Assembly: GCF_009914755.1 (NCBI RefSeq)
Contig: NC_060931.1
Strand: one strand, 5' to 3'
Length of the DNA: 64,000 bases
From: the human T2T-CHM13v2.0 reference genome, Homo sapiens
Positions 27,760 to 38,963 of this stretch are shown piece by piece. Both the position numbers and the translations under genes were made by a program. The notes beneath the pieces were generated by a model. That model saw only the letters and a list, made by a program, of their open reading frames with translations, searched no databases and was not told the origin of the DNA. Position 1 is the first letter of the stretch. Each line of letters starts with the position of its first letter.

Positions 27760-28540
27760 AAACAAAAAACAAAAAAACCCACAATGGCTTAAAGAATAGT
27801 AAAGTGCTCTGCCATGTCTGAGGTCCCAGCTTCTCCCTTCTTGTTGCTTGGCCTTCTCTGGGGTCCCTCCTCCTCAGGGTCCAAGGTGGCTCATGGTTCA
27901 GGACCACATGCCAACCTTAGAAGAAGTGGGAGGGGCAGTCAATGGCACCCTCCTGTCTTTTATAGACACATCCTGGAAATTGTACCCTGTATTAGTCTGT
28001 TCTCACGCTGCTAATAAAGACATATCCGAGACTGGGTAATTTATAAAGGAAAGAGGTTTAATGGACTCAGTTAAGTCCACAGTTCTAGATAGCTGGAGAG
28101 GCCTCACAATCATGGCGGAAGATGAAGGATAAGCAAAGGGACATCTTACATGGTGGCAGGCGAGAGAGAGGACGTGTAGGGGAACTCCTCTTCATAAAAC
28201 CATTAGATCTTGTGAGACTTATTCACTATCCCAAGAAGAGCATAAGACCCGCCTCCACGATTCAGTTACCTCCCACCCCATGACACGTGGGAATTATGGG
28301 AGCTACAATTCAAGATGAGATTTGGGTGGGGACACAGCCAAACCATACCATACCCATTATCTTTTAATGGATTTCCTTGGCCAGAACTTAAATTTCAGAG
28401 CTACAGCCAACTACCAAGGAGACTGAAAAATGTAGGCTCCATTTTGGGTGGCTGTGTGACTAGTTAAAAATAAGGAACTCTGTCTCTATCAAAGAGGGAA
28501 AAATATATACCAAGAGAAACCTAGTAGCCTCTGCCATAGT
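27760..28540 (-). mobile_element. Old MLT1-type LTR split by THE1
   Basis: ccacaatggcttaaag...tccaaggtggct...ttggccagaactta...ggagactgaaaaatgtag. Confidence 0.6.
27988..28350 (-). mobile_element. THE1 (B/C/D-like) solo LTR
   Basis: tgtattagtctgttctcacgctgctaataaagacat...gacacagccaaaccatacca; perfect 5-bp TSD taccc (27983-27987, 28351-28355). Confidence 0.95.
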
Positions 28541-31046
28541 CAGACGTACACAGACTGTAAAAGGCAAGTCCCTGAAAAATTGTAATGGTAAAAAAAATAC
28601 TGAAACATAAAATCATGTCTTGATTTGGAGATTATACCTGCACTAGCCTAAGCATTATTATTTTGACTATTATTCAATATAAAATATGCTTGTCATAACT
28701 TCAAATTCAGGTGTCAATTTTGGAATATTTTCCAATCACTTAAGAGGAGCGGCTCAAACTAAAGCAAAACAGTCTTGCTCAGTGGTAAAGTGTATTAGAA
28801 GGAATCAATTATTAATAGTATTAATTTTATTTTTAAAATACTTACTATTTATTTAGACTTAGTTAACATTTTCCATATTTGTTTTACTACTCCTTTTTAT
28901 ATTTTGGACCTTCTTGGTGGAATTATTCTCCTTCTGCCTAAAGTACATATTTTAGATTTTTCTGTTAGGGTAGATTTGTTAGTTAGTGGTAAATCTCTTA
29001 TGAGTAAAATGTATTTTGCTCTTATTCTTCAAAGATAGGTTTGTGGAAATAGAGTTCTAGGTTTACAGTTATTTTCTATTTTTTTCAACTTTTATTTTAG
29101 GTTCAATGAGTTCATGTTCAGGTTTGCTACATGGGTAAATTGCATGTCGCTGGGGTTTGGTGTACAAGTGATTTCATCACCCAGGTAGTGAGCATGGTAC
29201 CCTGTACATAGTTTTTTGACCCTCATCCTCCTCCCATGGACCACCCTCAAGTGGGCCCTGGAATCCATTGTTCCTCTCTTTATGTTCATGTGTACTCAAG
29301 GTTTAGTTCCCACTTATAAGTGGGAATTCATGCACTATTTGGTTTTCTGTCCTTTTGTTAATTTGCTTAGGATACTGACTGCATCCATGTTGCAAAGGAC
29401 ATGATTCCATTTCTTATGGCTGCATAGTATTCCATGGTGTATACGTAGCATATTTTCTTTATCCAGTCCACTGTTGATGAGCAGCTAGGCTGATTCCATG
29501 TCTTTGCTATTATGAATAGTGCTAGGATTAACATAGAAGTGCATGTGTCTTTTTGGTAAAACAATGTATATTTTGGGGAGTATATACCCAGGAATTGGAT
29601 TAGTGGGTCAAATGGTGGTTCTATTTCTTTGAGAAAACTCCGAACTGCTGTCCACGGTGGGTAAAATTATTAACATTCTCACTAGCATATATAAACATTC
29701 CCTTTTCTCCACAATCTCAGCTCGCTAACACCTGTTATTTTCTGACTTTTTAATCACAGCCATTCTAACCAGTGTGAGATAGTATCTTATTGTGATTTTG
29801 ATTTGCATTTCCCTAATGATTAGTGATGTTGAGAATTATTTCATATGCATTTTCCATGTATATGTCTTTTTTTGAGAAATGTCTATTCATGTCCTTTGCA
29901 CACTTTTTTAAATGAAGTCATTTGTTTTGGCTTGTTGATTTAACTTCTTCATATATTCTGGATAGTGGACCTTTGTTGAATGCATGGTTTGTAAATATTT
30001 TCTCCCATTCTGTAGGTTGTATGTTTACTCTGTTGATCACTTCTTTTAGCATGCAGAAGTTCTTTAGTGTAATTAGGCCCCACTTATCTATTTTGTTTAT
30101 GTTGCAATTACTTTTGGAGACTTCACCATGAAATCCTTGCCAAGGCCTACATCCACAAAAATATTTTCTAGTTTTTCTTCTAGGGTTTATATAGTTGTAG
30201 GTCTTACATTTAAGCTTTTAATCTATCATGAGTTGATTTTATTATATGGTGAAAGGAAGGGATCCAGTTTTAATCTGCATATGTTTAGCTAGTTATCACG
30301 TACCGTTTATTGACTAGGGAGTCTTTTCCCCTATTGCTTACTATTGTCCATTTTGTCAAAGATCAGATAGTTGTAAATGTGTGGCTTTATTTCTGGGTTC
30401 TCTAACCTGTTCTATTGGTCTATGTGTCTGTTTTTGTACCAGTACCATGCTGTTTTGGTTATTACAGCCTTGTAGTATAGTTTGGAGACAGGTAGTGTCA
30501 TGCCTCCAGCTTTGTTCTTTTTGCTTAGGACTGCTTTGGCTATTTGGGCTCTTCTTTGGTTTTATATGTATTTTAGAATAGTTTTCCTTAATTCTGTGAA
30601 AAAAATGATGTTGGTAATTTGATAGGAATAACATTGAATCTGTAAATTGCTTCAGGCAATATGGACATTTTAACAAAATTGATTATTCCTATCTTAGAGC
30701 ATGGAATGTTTTTCCATTTGTTTGTGTCATCTCTGATTTGTTTCATTAGGGTTTAGATCTTTCACCTTCCTGGTTAGCTGCATTTTTAGGTATTTTATTC
30801 TTTTTGTGGTTATTATGAATGGGATTGCATTCTTGATTTGGCCCTCAGCTTGGACATTATTGGTCCAAGTAGCATAGAAATGCTACTGATTTTTCTATAT
30901 TTATTTTGTACCCTGAAGCTTTACTGAAGTTGTTTTTCAGTTGTAGGAGCCTTTGGGTAGACTATGAGGTTTCCTAGGTACAGAGTCATATCATCTGTGA
31001 AGAGAGATAGTTTTACTTCCTCTCTTCCTATTTGGATGTCTTTTAT

Positions 31047-31632
31047 TTATCTTGCCTGATTGCTCTGGCTAGGACTTCCAGTAGTATGATAAATAGGAAT
31101 GAATGCTGAGAAGGGACATTCTTGTCTTATTCCTGTTTTCTGGGGGAATGCTTCCAGCTTTTGCCCATTTAGTATGATGTTGGCTGTGGTTTTGTCATAG
31201 ATGGCTCTTATTATTTTGAGGTATGTTCCTTCAATGGCTAGTTTGTTGAGGGTTTTTAACATAAAAGGATGTTGAATTTTATTGAAAGCCTTTTTGTGCA
31301 TCTATCGAGATCAAGTGGTTTTTGTTTTTAGCTCTGCTTATGTGATGAAGCACATTTATTGATTTGCATACATTGAAACAACCTTGCATCTCAGGAATAA
31401 AGCCTACCTGATCATGGTGAATTAGCTTTTTAATGTACAGCTGGATTTGATTGGCTACTATTTTATTGAGGATTTTTGTGCCTATGTTCATCAGGGAAAA
31501 CAGCTTGAAGTTTTCTTTTCTTTTTGTGTCTCTGCCAGGTTTTGTTAGTATCAGAATGATGCTGGCCTCATCAGAATGATTCATAGGATGAATTAGGAGA
31601 TAGTCCCTCCTCCTTGATTTTTTTGGAAACAT
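31047..31632 (-). pseudogene. Frameshifted L1 ORF2 reverse-transcriptase remnant
   Basis: Two overlapping ORFs with RT motifs [40 protein letters not shown]. Confidence 0.9.
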
Positions 31633-32966
31633 GTCAGTAGTATTGGTACCAGTTCTTCTTTATATGTCTGGTAGAATTTGGCTGTGAATTTTCTGGCCCA
31701 GTGCTTTCTCTGGTTGGTACATTTTTATTAGTGCTTCGATTTCACAATTAGTTATTGGTCTGTTCAGGATTATAATTTCTTCCCTGGTTCAGTCTTGGGA
31801 GGTTGTATATCTCTGGGAATGTATTTATTTCTTACAGGTTCTCTAGTTCGTGTGCACAGAAGTGTTCACAATAGTCTCTAAGTTTTGTTTGTTTGTTTTG
31901 TCCTGTTGGGACAGTGATAATTTCTGCATTGTCATTTATAATCATGTTTATTTGAATCTTCTCTATTTTTTCTTTATTAATCAAGCTAATGGGCAATCCA
32001 TCTTATTTATTCATTCAAAGAACAAACTTTTCGTTTCAGTGATCTTTTGTATGGATTTTTGGATCTCATTTGTGTTCAGTTCATCGCTCGTTTTGGTTTT
32101 CTTTTTTTCTGCTAGCTTTGGGGTTGGTTTGCTCTTGTTTTCTAAGTTCCCCTAGGTGTGATGTTAGATTTGAGATCTTTCTAACTTCTTTCTGTAGGTG
32201 TTCAGCACAATAAACTTTCAACACTGCTTTTGCAGTATCTAAGAGATTCTGGTATATTGTACTTTGTTTTCATTAGTTTTAAAGAATTTTTTTCTGTTTT
32301 AATTTAATTGTTTATGCAAAAGTAATTCAGAAGCAGGTTGTTTAATTTCCATGTAATTGTATGGTTTTGAGAAATATTCCTGGTGTTGATTTCTATTTTT
32401 ATTGTGTCGTGATGTGAGAGTGTGATTTGCAGGATTTGGGTCTTTTTAAAAATCTGTTGGGAATTGCTTTATGGCAGAACATATGGTCCACTTCAGAATA
32501 TGTGGTGTGTGCACATGGGAAGAATGTGTATTCTTTTGTTGAGTTATGTATTCTGCAGATATTTGTTAGGTCCATTTGGTCAGGGTTGACTTTAGGTCCC
32601 TAACATATCTGTTAGTTTTCTGTTTCAATGATCTATCTAACACTGTTAGTGGTCTTTTAGGTCTGTGATTCTTTCTTCAGGTTAGTCTATTCTGTTTTTA
32701 GTGCTTCCAATTGCATTCTGAAATTTCTGTAGCAGGGAGCTGAAATATCCCAAATATTGTCTAGTTATTTAAGTCTCTTCGTAGGTCTATAAGAACTTCT
32801 CTAATGAATTTGGGTGCTCCAGTGTTGGGTGCATATATAGTTAAGATAGTTAAATCTTCTTTTGAATTGAACCTTTTATTATTATGTAATGCAATACCCT
32901 TCTTTGTCCTTTAGATCATGGTTGGTTTAAAGTCTGTTTTGTGTGAAATAAAAATAGCAACACTCT

Positions 32967-35171
32967 TTTTTTGTTTTGTTTTTGTTTTCTTTTAAAATTT
33001 TTATGTATATTTGAACAGACAGAAATTCATGAATTGGGCAGCATCAAACTGTAAGCAGTTCAGGGCGGCACTGAAGGTGTGCAATGGTAAAAGGTTTTTT
33101 GAATTTATTTTTTATTTCAATAAGTTTTTGGGGAACAAGTGATGTTTGATTACATGAATAAGTTCATGTAAGATTTTGGTGCACCCATCACCCAAGCAGT
33201 GCACATTGTACCCAGTGCGTAGTCTAGTCTTTTGTCTCTCAACCCCCTCCCACCCTTTCACCTGACTTTCCAAAGTCCATTGTTTAATTAGTATGTCTTT
33301 TCATCCTCATAGCTTAACTCCCAATTATGAGTGAGAATATATGATGTTTGACTTTTCATTCCTGAGTTACTTAACTTAAAATAATAGTCTCCAATTTCAT
33401 CCAGGTTGCTGTGAATGCCATTATTTCATTCCTACTTATGGCTGAGTGGTATTCCATGATATAAATATACAACATTTTCTTTATCCACTCATTGATTAAT
33501 GGGCATTTGGGCTGGTTCCATATTTTTGCAATTGCAAACTATGCTGCTATAAAGGTGTGTATGCAAGTATCTTTTTTGTATAATGACTTCTTTTTCTCTA
33601 GGTAGATACCTAGCAGTGGGATTGCTGGATCAAATGACAGATCTACTTTTAGTACTTTAAGGAGTCTCCACACTGCTTTCCATAGTTGTTTTACTAGTTT
33701 GCATTCTCACCAACAGTGTAAAAGTGTTCCCTTTTCACCACATCCACAGCAACATCTATTATTTTTTGATTATGGCCATTCTTTCAGGAGTGAGGTAGTA
33801 TCATGTTGTGGTTTTGATTTGGATTTCTCTGATAATTAGTGATGTTAAGCATTTTTCCATATGTTTGTTGGCCCCTTGTATATCTTCTTTTGAGAATTGT
33901 CTATTCATATCCTTAGCTTGGTTTTTGATAGGATTGTTTTTTTTTTCTTTTCTTGCTGATTTGTTTAAACTCTTTGTAGATTGTGCATATTAGTCCTTTG
34001 TCAGATATATAGATTGTGAAGATTTTCTCCCAAACTGTAGTTATCTGTTAGCTCTGATGATGATTTCTTCTCCTTTGCAGGAGCATTTTAGTTTAATTAA
34101 GTTCCATATATTTATCTTTATTTTTGTTGCATTTGCTTTTGTGTTTTTAATCATGAAGCCTTTGCTTAAGCCAAAGGCTAGAAGGGTTTTTCCAATGTTA
34201 TCTTCCAGAATGTTTATGATTTGGGGTCTTAGATTGAAGTCTTTGATCCATTTTGAGTTGATTTTTGTATAAGGTAAGAGATACGGATCCAGTTTCATTC
34301 TTCTGCATGTGGCTTGTCAATTATCCCAGCACCATTTGTTGAATAGGGTGTCCTTTCCCCATTTTATGTTTTTGTTTGCTTTGCTGAAGATCAGTTGACT
34401 GTAAGCATTTGTGTTTATTTCTGGGTTCTCTATTCTATTGGCATATGTGCCTATTTTTATACCAGAACCATGCTGTTTTGGTGACTATGGCCTTAAAGTA
34501 TAGTTTGAAATCGGGTAATGTAATGCCTCCAGATTTACTCTTTTTGCTTAGTCTTGCTTTTGGCTATGCAAGCTATTTTTTGGTTCCATATGAATGCTAC
34601 ATTTTTTTTCTAGTTATGTGAAGAATAATGGTGGTATTTTGATGGTGGTATTTGATGGACACTGAATTTGTAGATTACTTTTGGCAATACAGTCATTTTC
34701 ACAATATTGATTCTATCCATCCATGAGGAGGCCCACTTGCACTACTTCTATTCAACATAGAACCAGAAGTCCTAGCCAGATCAATCAAACAAGAGAAATA
34801 AATCAAAGGCATCCAAATTGGTAAAGAGGAAATCAAACTGTTACTGTTTGCTGATGATATGATCATATACCTAGAAAACCCTAAAGATTCATCCAAAAAG
34901 CTCCTAGAACTGGTAAATGAATTCAGCAAAGTTTCAAAATAGAAAATTAATGTACACAAATTAGTAGCTCTGCTATATATCAACAGTGACCAAGCTGAGA
35001 ATCAAATCAAGAACTCAACCCCTTTTACAATAGCTGCAAAAAATAATAATAAAATACTTAGGAATATACCTAAGCAAAGAGGTGCAAGATTTCTACAAGG
35101 AAAACTCCAAAATACTGCTGAAAGGAATCATAGATGACACAAACAAATGAAAACACATCCCATGCTCATGG
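32967..35171 (-). mobile_element. Nested 5'-truncated L1PB (L1PB1/2-like) with 5' inversion and ~100-bp 3' transduction
   Basis: 3' end ttttatttcaataagtttttggggaacaagtg; orientation flips at ~34727; 13-bp TSD atagcaacactct (32954-32966, 35172-35184). Confidence 0.92.
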
Positions 35172-37849
35172 ATAGCAACACTCTCTTTTGGTTTTCATTT
35201 GCTTGATAGATCTTTCTCCATCCATTTACTTTGAGCCTTTGGGTGTCCTTGCATCTGAGATAGGTCTCTTCAAGACAGCATTCAGTTGGGTCTTGCTTCT
35301 TTATCTAACTTCCACTCTGTGTCTTTTAAGTGGTACATTTAGCCAATATACATTCAAGGTTAATCTTGATATGTGAAGATTTGATCATGTGATGGTGCTG
35401 TTAGCTGGTTGTTATATAGACTTGATTATATAGTTGCTTTATAGTGTCGGTGAGCTATGTACTAGGCCACTGGAGCTGGCAGGTATTCATCTTTTGTTTG
35501 TATGTTTAGCAATTCCTTAAGGATCTCTTGTAAGGCAGGTCTGGTGGTAACAAATTTCCTTAGCATTTTCTGGTATGAAAGGATTTTATTTGTCCTTCAC
35601 CTATAAAGCTTAGGTTGGCCAGATATGAAATTCTTGGTTGGAATTTCTTTTCTTTAATGATGCTGAATATAGGCTTCTAATATCTTCTGCCTTTTAGGGG
35701 TTTTGATCAAAACTCCACTGTTACCCTGATGGGGTTCTCTTTGTATGTGATCTGCCCCTTTTCTCTAGCTGCCTTTCAGATTTTTTCTTTCACATTGACT
35801 TTGTAGAATCTGATGACTATGTGTCTTGGGGATGGTTATATTGTATTGCATATTGAAAAGGTTCCCTGAATTTCCTGAATTTGTATTCAGCCTCTCTAGA
35901 GAGACTGGGAAAATTTTCATGGACAGTATCCTCAAATATGGTTTCCAAGTTGCTCACTCTCTCTCCATGTCTTTCAGGAATACCAATGAGTCTCAGCTTT
36001 GGTCTCTTTACATAATCCTATATTTCCTGGAGGTTTTGCTGCATTAAAAAATTTTTTTCTTTATTTTTATCTGCCTATGTTGATTCGAAGAAGCAGTCTT
36101 CTAGCTCTGAGATCCTTCCTCAGGTTGGTCTATTCTATTATTAATGCTTCCAATTGCATTACAGAATTTCTTTTTTTTTTTTTTTTTTTTTTTTTGCATT
36201 CTGAAATTCCTGTTGTGAATTTTTCACTTCCAGACATTCAGTTTGGCTCTTTATTAAAATGGCTACATCATCTTTCAACAATTATACTGTTTTACTATTT
36301 TCCTTGGATTGGGTTTCAACCTTCTTTTATATCTTGATGAGCTTCTTTGGCATCCAGATTCTGAATTCTGTGTTTGTCATTTAATCTATTTCAATCTGGT
36401 TAAAAACCATTGCCGGGGAGATAGTGCGGTCATTTGGAGGTAAAAAGACACTCTGGCTTTCAGAGTTGCCAGAGTTCTTGCACTGGTTGTTTCTCATCTG
36501 TGTGGGCCGATGTTCCTTTAATTTTTGAAGTGGCTGTCTTTTGTATGGGGCATTTTGCTTTTATATTCTTTGATGCCCTTGAGGGTTTGAGTGTGGAATA
36601 AGTTGCCTTTAGTTTATTTGCTTTGTTTCTGGATACTTTCAGGCAGCCAAGGCTCAGCCCAGCACTCCTGAGCTACATGCTCTAACCCTGAGGAGTTGTA
36701 ACCAGGACTCTGTCTTTGTCCTCTAGCCCCTCAAGGTGAAGCACCTGCTGTGCTAGAGGGGTTGAGGTATTCCCAGGCTATTGGCAACTACGCTCTAATG
36801 GGGGCTGCTGGTAATAGTGCTCCAGTGAGGGGTGGGGGGCCCTTGTACATATGCACACCAGTAGAGTGGCAGGGAGTCCATGTGTGCATGCGCACCAGCA
36901 AGGTGATGGCGGGAGGCTATGGGCAAGTGCACACTGGCAGGGAAAGGCTGTTGGTGAGTATGCACTGGCAGGGGTCCATCTGCAAAAATATTGTAGTGCT
37001 TAGGCGAGATCTGCCAGTGAAAGAGCTATGGCAGTGGCTGCTGGCAAGCTGAGGCTGTGCAGCAAGCAAGTGTAATTAGGCATTAACCCTGGGAGAGGCT
37101 GGCGGATGGGGGTGCTCAGATCAGACTGGCCCCCTCCCACGGGCAAGACACCCCTGTTCTATCCAGTTCCAGCAGCCAATACAAGCTAGAGCCTTGGGGC
37201 ATGGGCACCCATGGCTGTGCTCAAACCCTCTGGGCTTAATGCAGGCTGGAGTTCTGTCTCTGCCAACTCCCCAGACAGTTCTTGCCAGATCAGATGTTCT
37301 TGGGGGCTGTGGAATCTCCTGCAGCTAGGATCCTGGAGGTCAATGATGAGAGTAAGCCACTCCACTTTTGTGTCATTTACTGCTTCTCTAGGAGCCACTC
37401 AGGGCCAGGAACAAGTCTTCATGCTCGGCAACCACATGCAGTGTTGGTAGCTTCCTCACCTTTCAGCTTGAGGTCTGTATCCTCCCTCTGTCCACTCTCA
37501 GTGCCTTCTTTCCAAAGATCTGTTTGGAGTGCACCAAGCTATTTCATGGCCCAGTCTCTCTCAGTGGAAAAAGCTCTTCTTAGCTCCATCTAGTCAGCCA
37601 TCTTGGCTCTCCACTTTACAAATATTTTCTTTCAGCACATTGAACATATTATTTCTTTGTTTTCTATTGGCTTTCAAAGTTTCTACTACAAAGTCAGCCA
37701 TCTAATTATTGTTCCTTTTAAGTAGGCTGATTATTTTTTCTGGCCATTAAATCATTAAGACAACAAATAGCACCGTAGTTTATTGCAGATTTAGAATTAT
37801 TTCTACAATTATATCACAATCATTCACTTGAATTGCGGTCTACTTTATT

Positions 37850-38050
37850 ATTATTAATAATAACACTAGTAACAAACATTTACTATGTGCCTGACAGTCT
37901 GGCAAAAAAACACCCTACCTTATTTATCAGGTTCAGTTCTCACAGCAATCCTTTGAAGCAGGCACTCTTACTCTCTCTTTTATCAAATGAGGAAGGACCA
38001 TGAGGCTTAGGAGGGTAAGATACCTTCCCAGATCACACAACTAGTAAGAA
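37850..38050 (-). mobile_element. MIR SINE
   Basis: catttactatgtgcc...ctcacagcaatcctttgaagcagg...tgaggcttagg...agatcacacaactagtaag. Confidence 0.8.
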
Positions 38051-38167
38051 AGAGGGTAGGAGAGTAAAGAGTGGAGTGACAGGGAGTTAACACAACTGTG
38101 ATCAGCCCATGAGGGCAGAGTATGTGTTATGTAAATAAAAATTATCTAACATCTGAGGGGAAGAAGA

Positions 38168-38610
38168 GGGCTGCATTTTGTACGTGTCAACTTGGCTAAG
38201 CTGGAGGTATCTGCAGGTACATTCAAGTTTGCCTTGCTATTTCTTACTCAGCGTCCCACTCTCTTTTTGCCAGGCTGCAGGTCCTGGTGATAAACAGTGA
38301 ACCCCGATCCCACACTCCCACCCCTGTAGACACAGAGGCAACAGCCTTGAAGAGACTTATCCCAACTCATCTTCCCTTTGTTTGTCTCACCTCCAAAGGG
38401 GGACAAGCCTGGCTTTCCAGATTATCTGCAAGCTTCTAACCTCCCATCCAGGTTCACGCTTGCTGGTGACTTCTCAAATCCTCCACATCTTATTTCTCGA
38501 CCTTATTTCTCTGTACTTCTCACAATTGTGTAAGGTCTAACTCCTCTCATAAATTCCTTCTGTAATACTTGCAATAATTCCATTTCTCTGATTGAAACCT
38601 GACTGAACAC
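38168..38610 (+). mobile_element. ERVL-class LTR (family uncertain)
   Basis: gtgtcaacttggctaagctgg start; ttctctgattgaaacctgactgaacaca end. Confidence 0.55.
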
Positions 38611-38722
38611 AGAAAGGATGTAGCTTTTAAAAATACTGCTCGAGTGTTTCAAAAACTTACTTGTGAGTGCTAGTTGAAATGCAGATTCTGGGGCTCTTGC
38701 CTTGAATATTCTGGTTGCTAAG

Positions 38723-38963
38723 CAGGATCCCATTTTTATTTTCAGGGGCTCTAGGCACTATTATATTCAATAGATTCTTTTATCCGTAAAAATATTAAAT
38801 ATTATATTTTATGACTGTATTGATATAAAGACAAATATAATTGAGGATGGATTATATTTGTTCTTCAGATTTCAAAAGAAATTAGTGCATTTTTTTAGAT
38901 CCCTAAAAGTTCCATGAACCCTAGGCACCATACCTACCGTGGCTAATGAAGAACTTGGCTCTG
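38723..38963. mobile_element. hAT MITE (MER96B-like) nested in a MER5-like element (~38632-39050)
   Basis: Termini caggatcc / ggctctg; end ccctaggcaccatacctaccgtggctaatg; degenerate 8-bp TSD ttgctaag / ttactagg. Confidence 0.55.

Larger units (their letters stand above)
29078..37614 (-). mobile_element. Full-length, inactivated L1 (L1PA15/16-like): 3'UTR, ORF2, ORF1, 5'UTR; hosts a nested L1PB
   Basis: 5' start reads ggagagccaagatggctgactag on minus at ~37612; RT remnants ([32 protein letters not shown]); 16-bp TSD tttacagttattttct (29062-29077) / tttacaaatattttct (37615-37630). Confidence 0.92.

Noticed and set aside
29078-37614. Active L1
   Set aside because: Many stops and frameshifts plus nested insertions; no intact ORF1 or ORF2.
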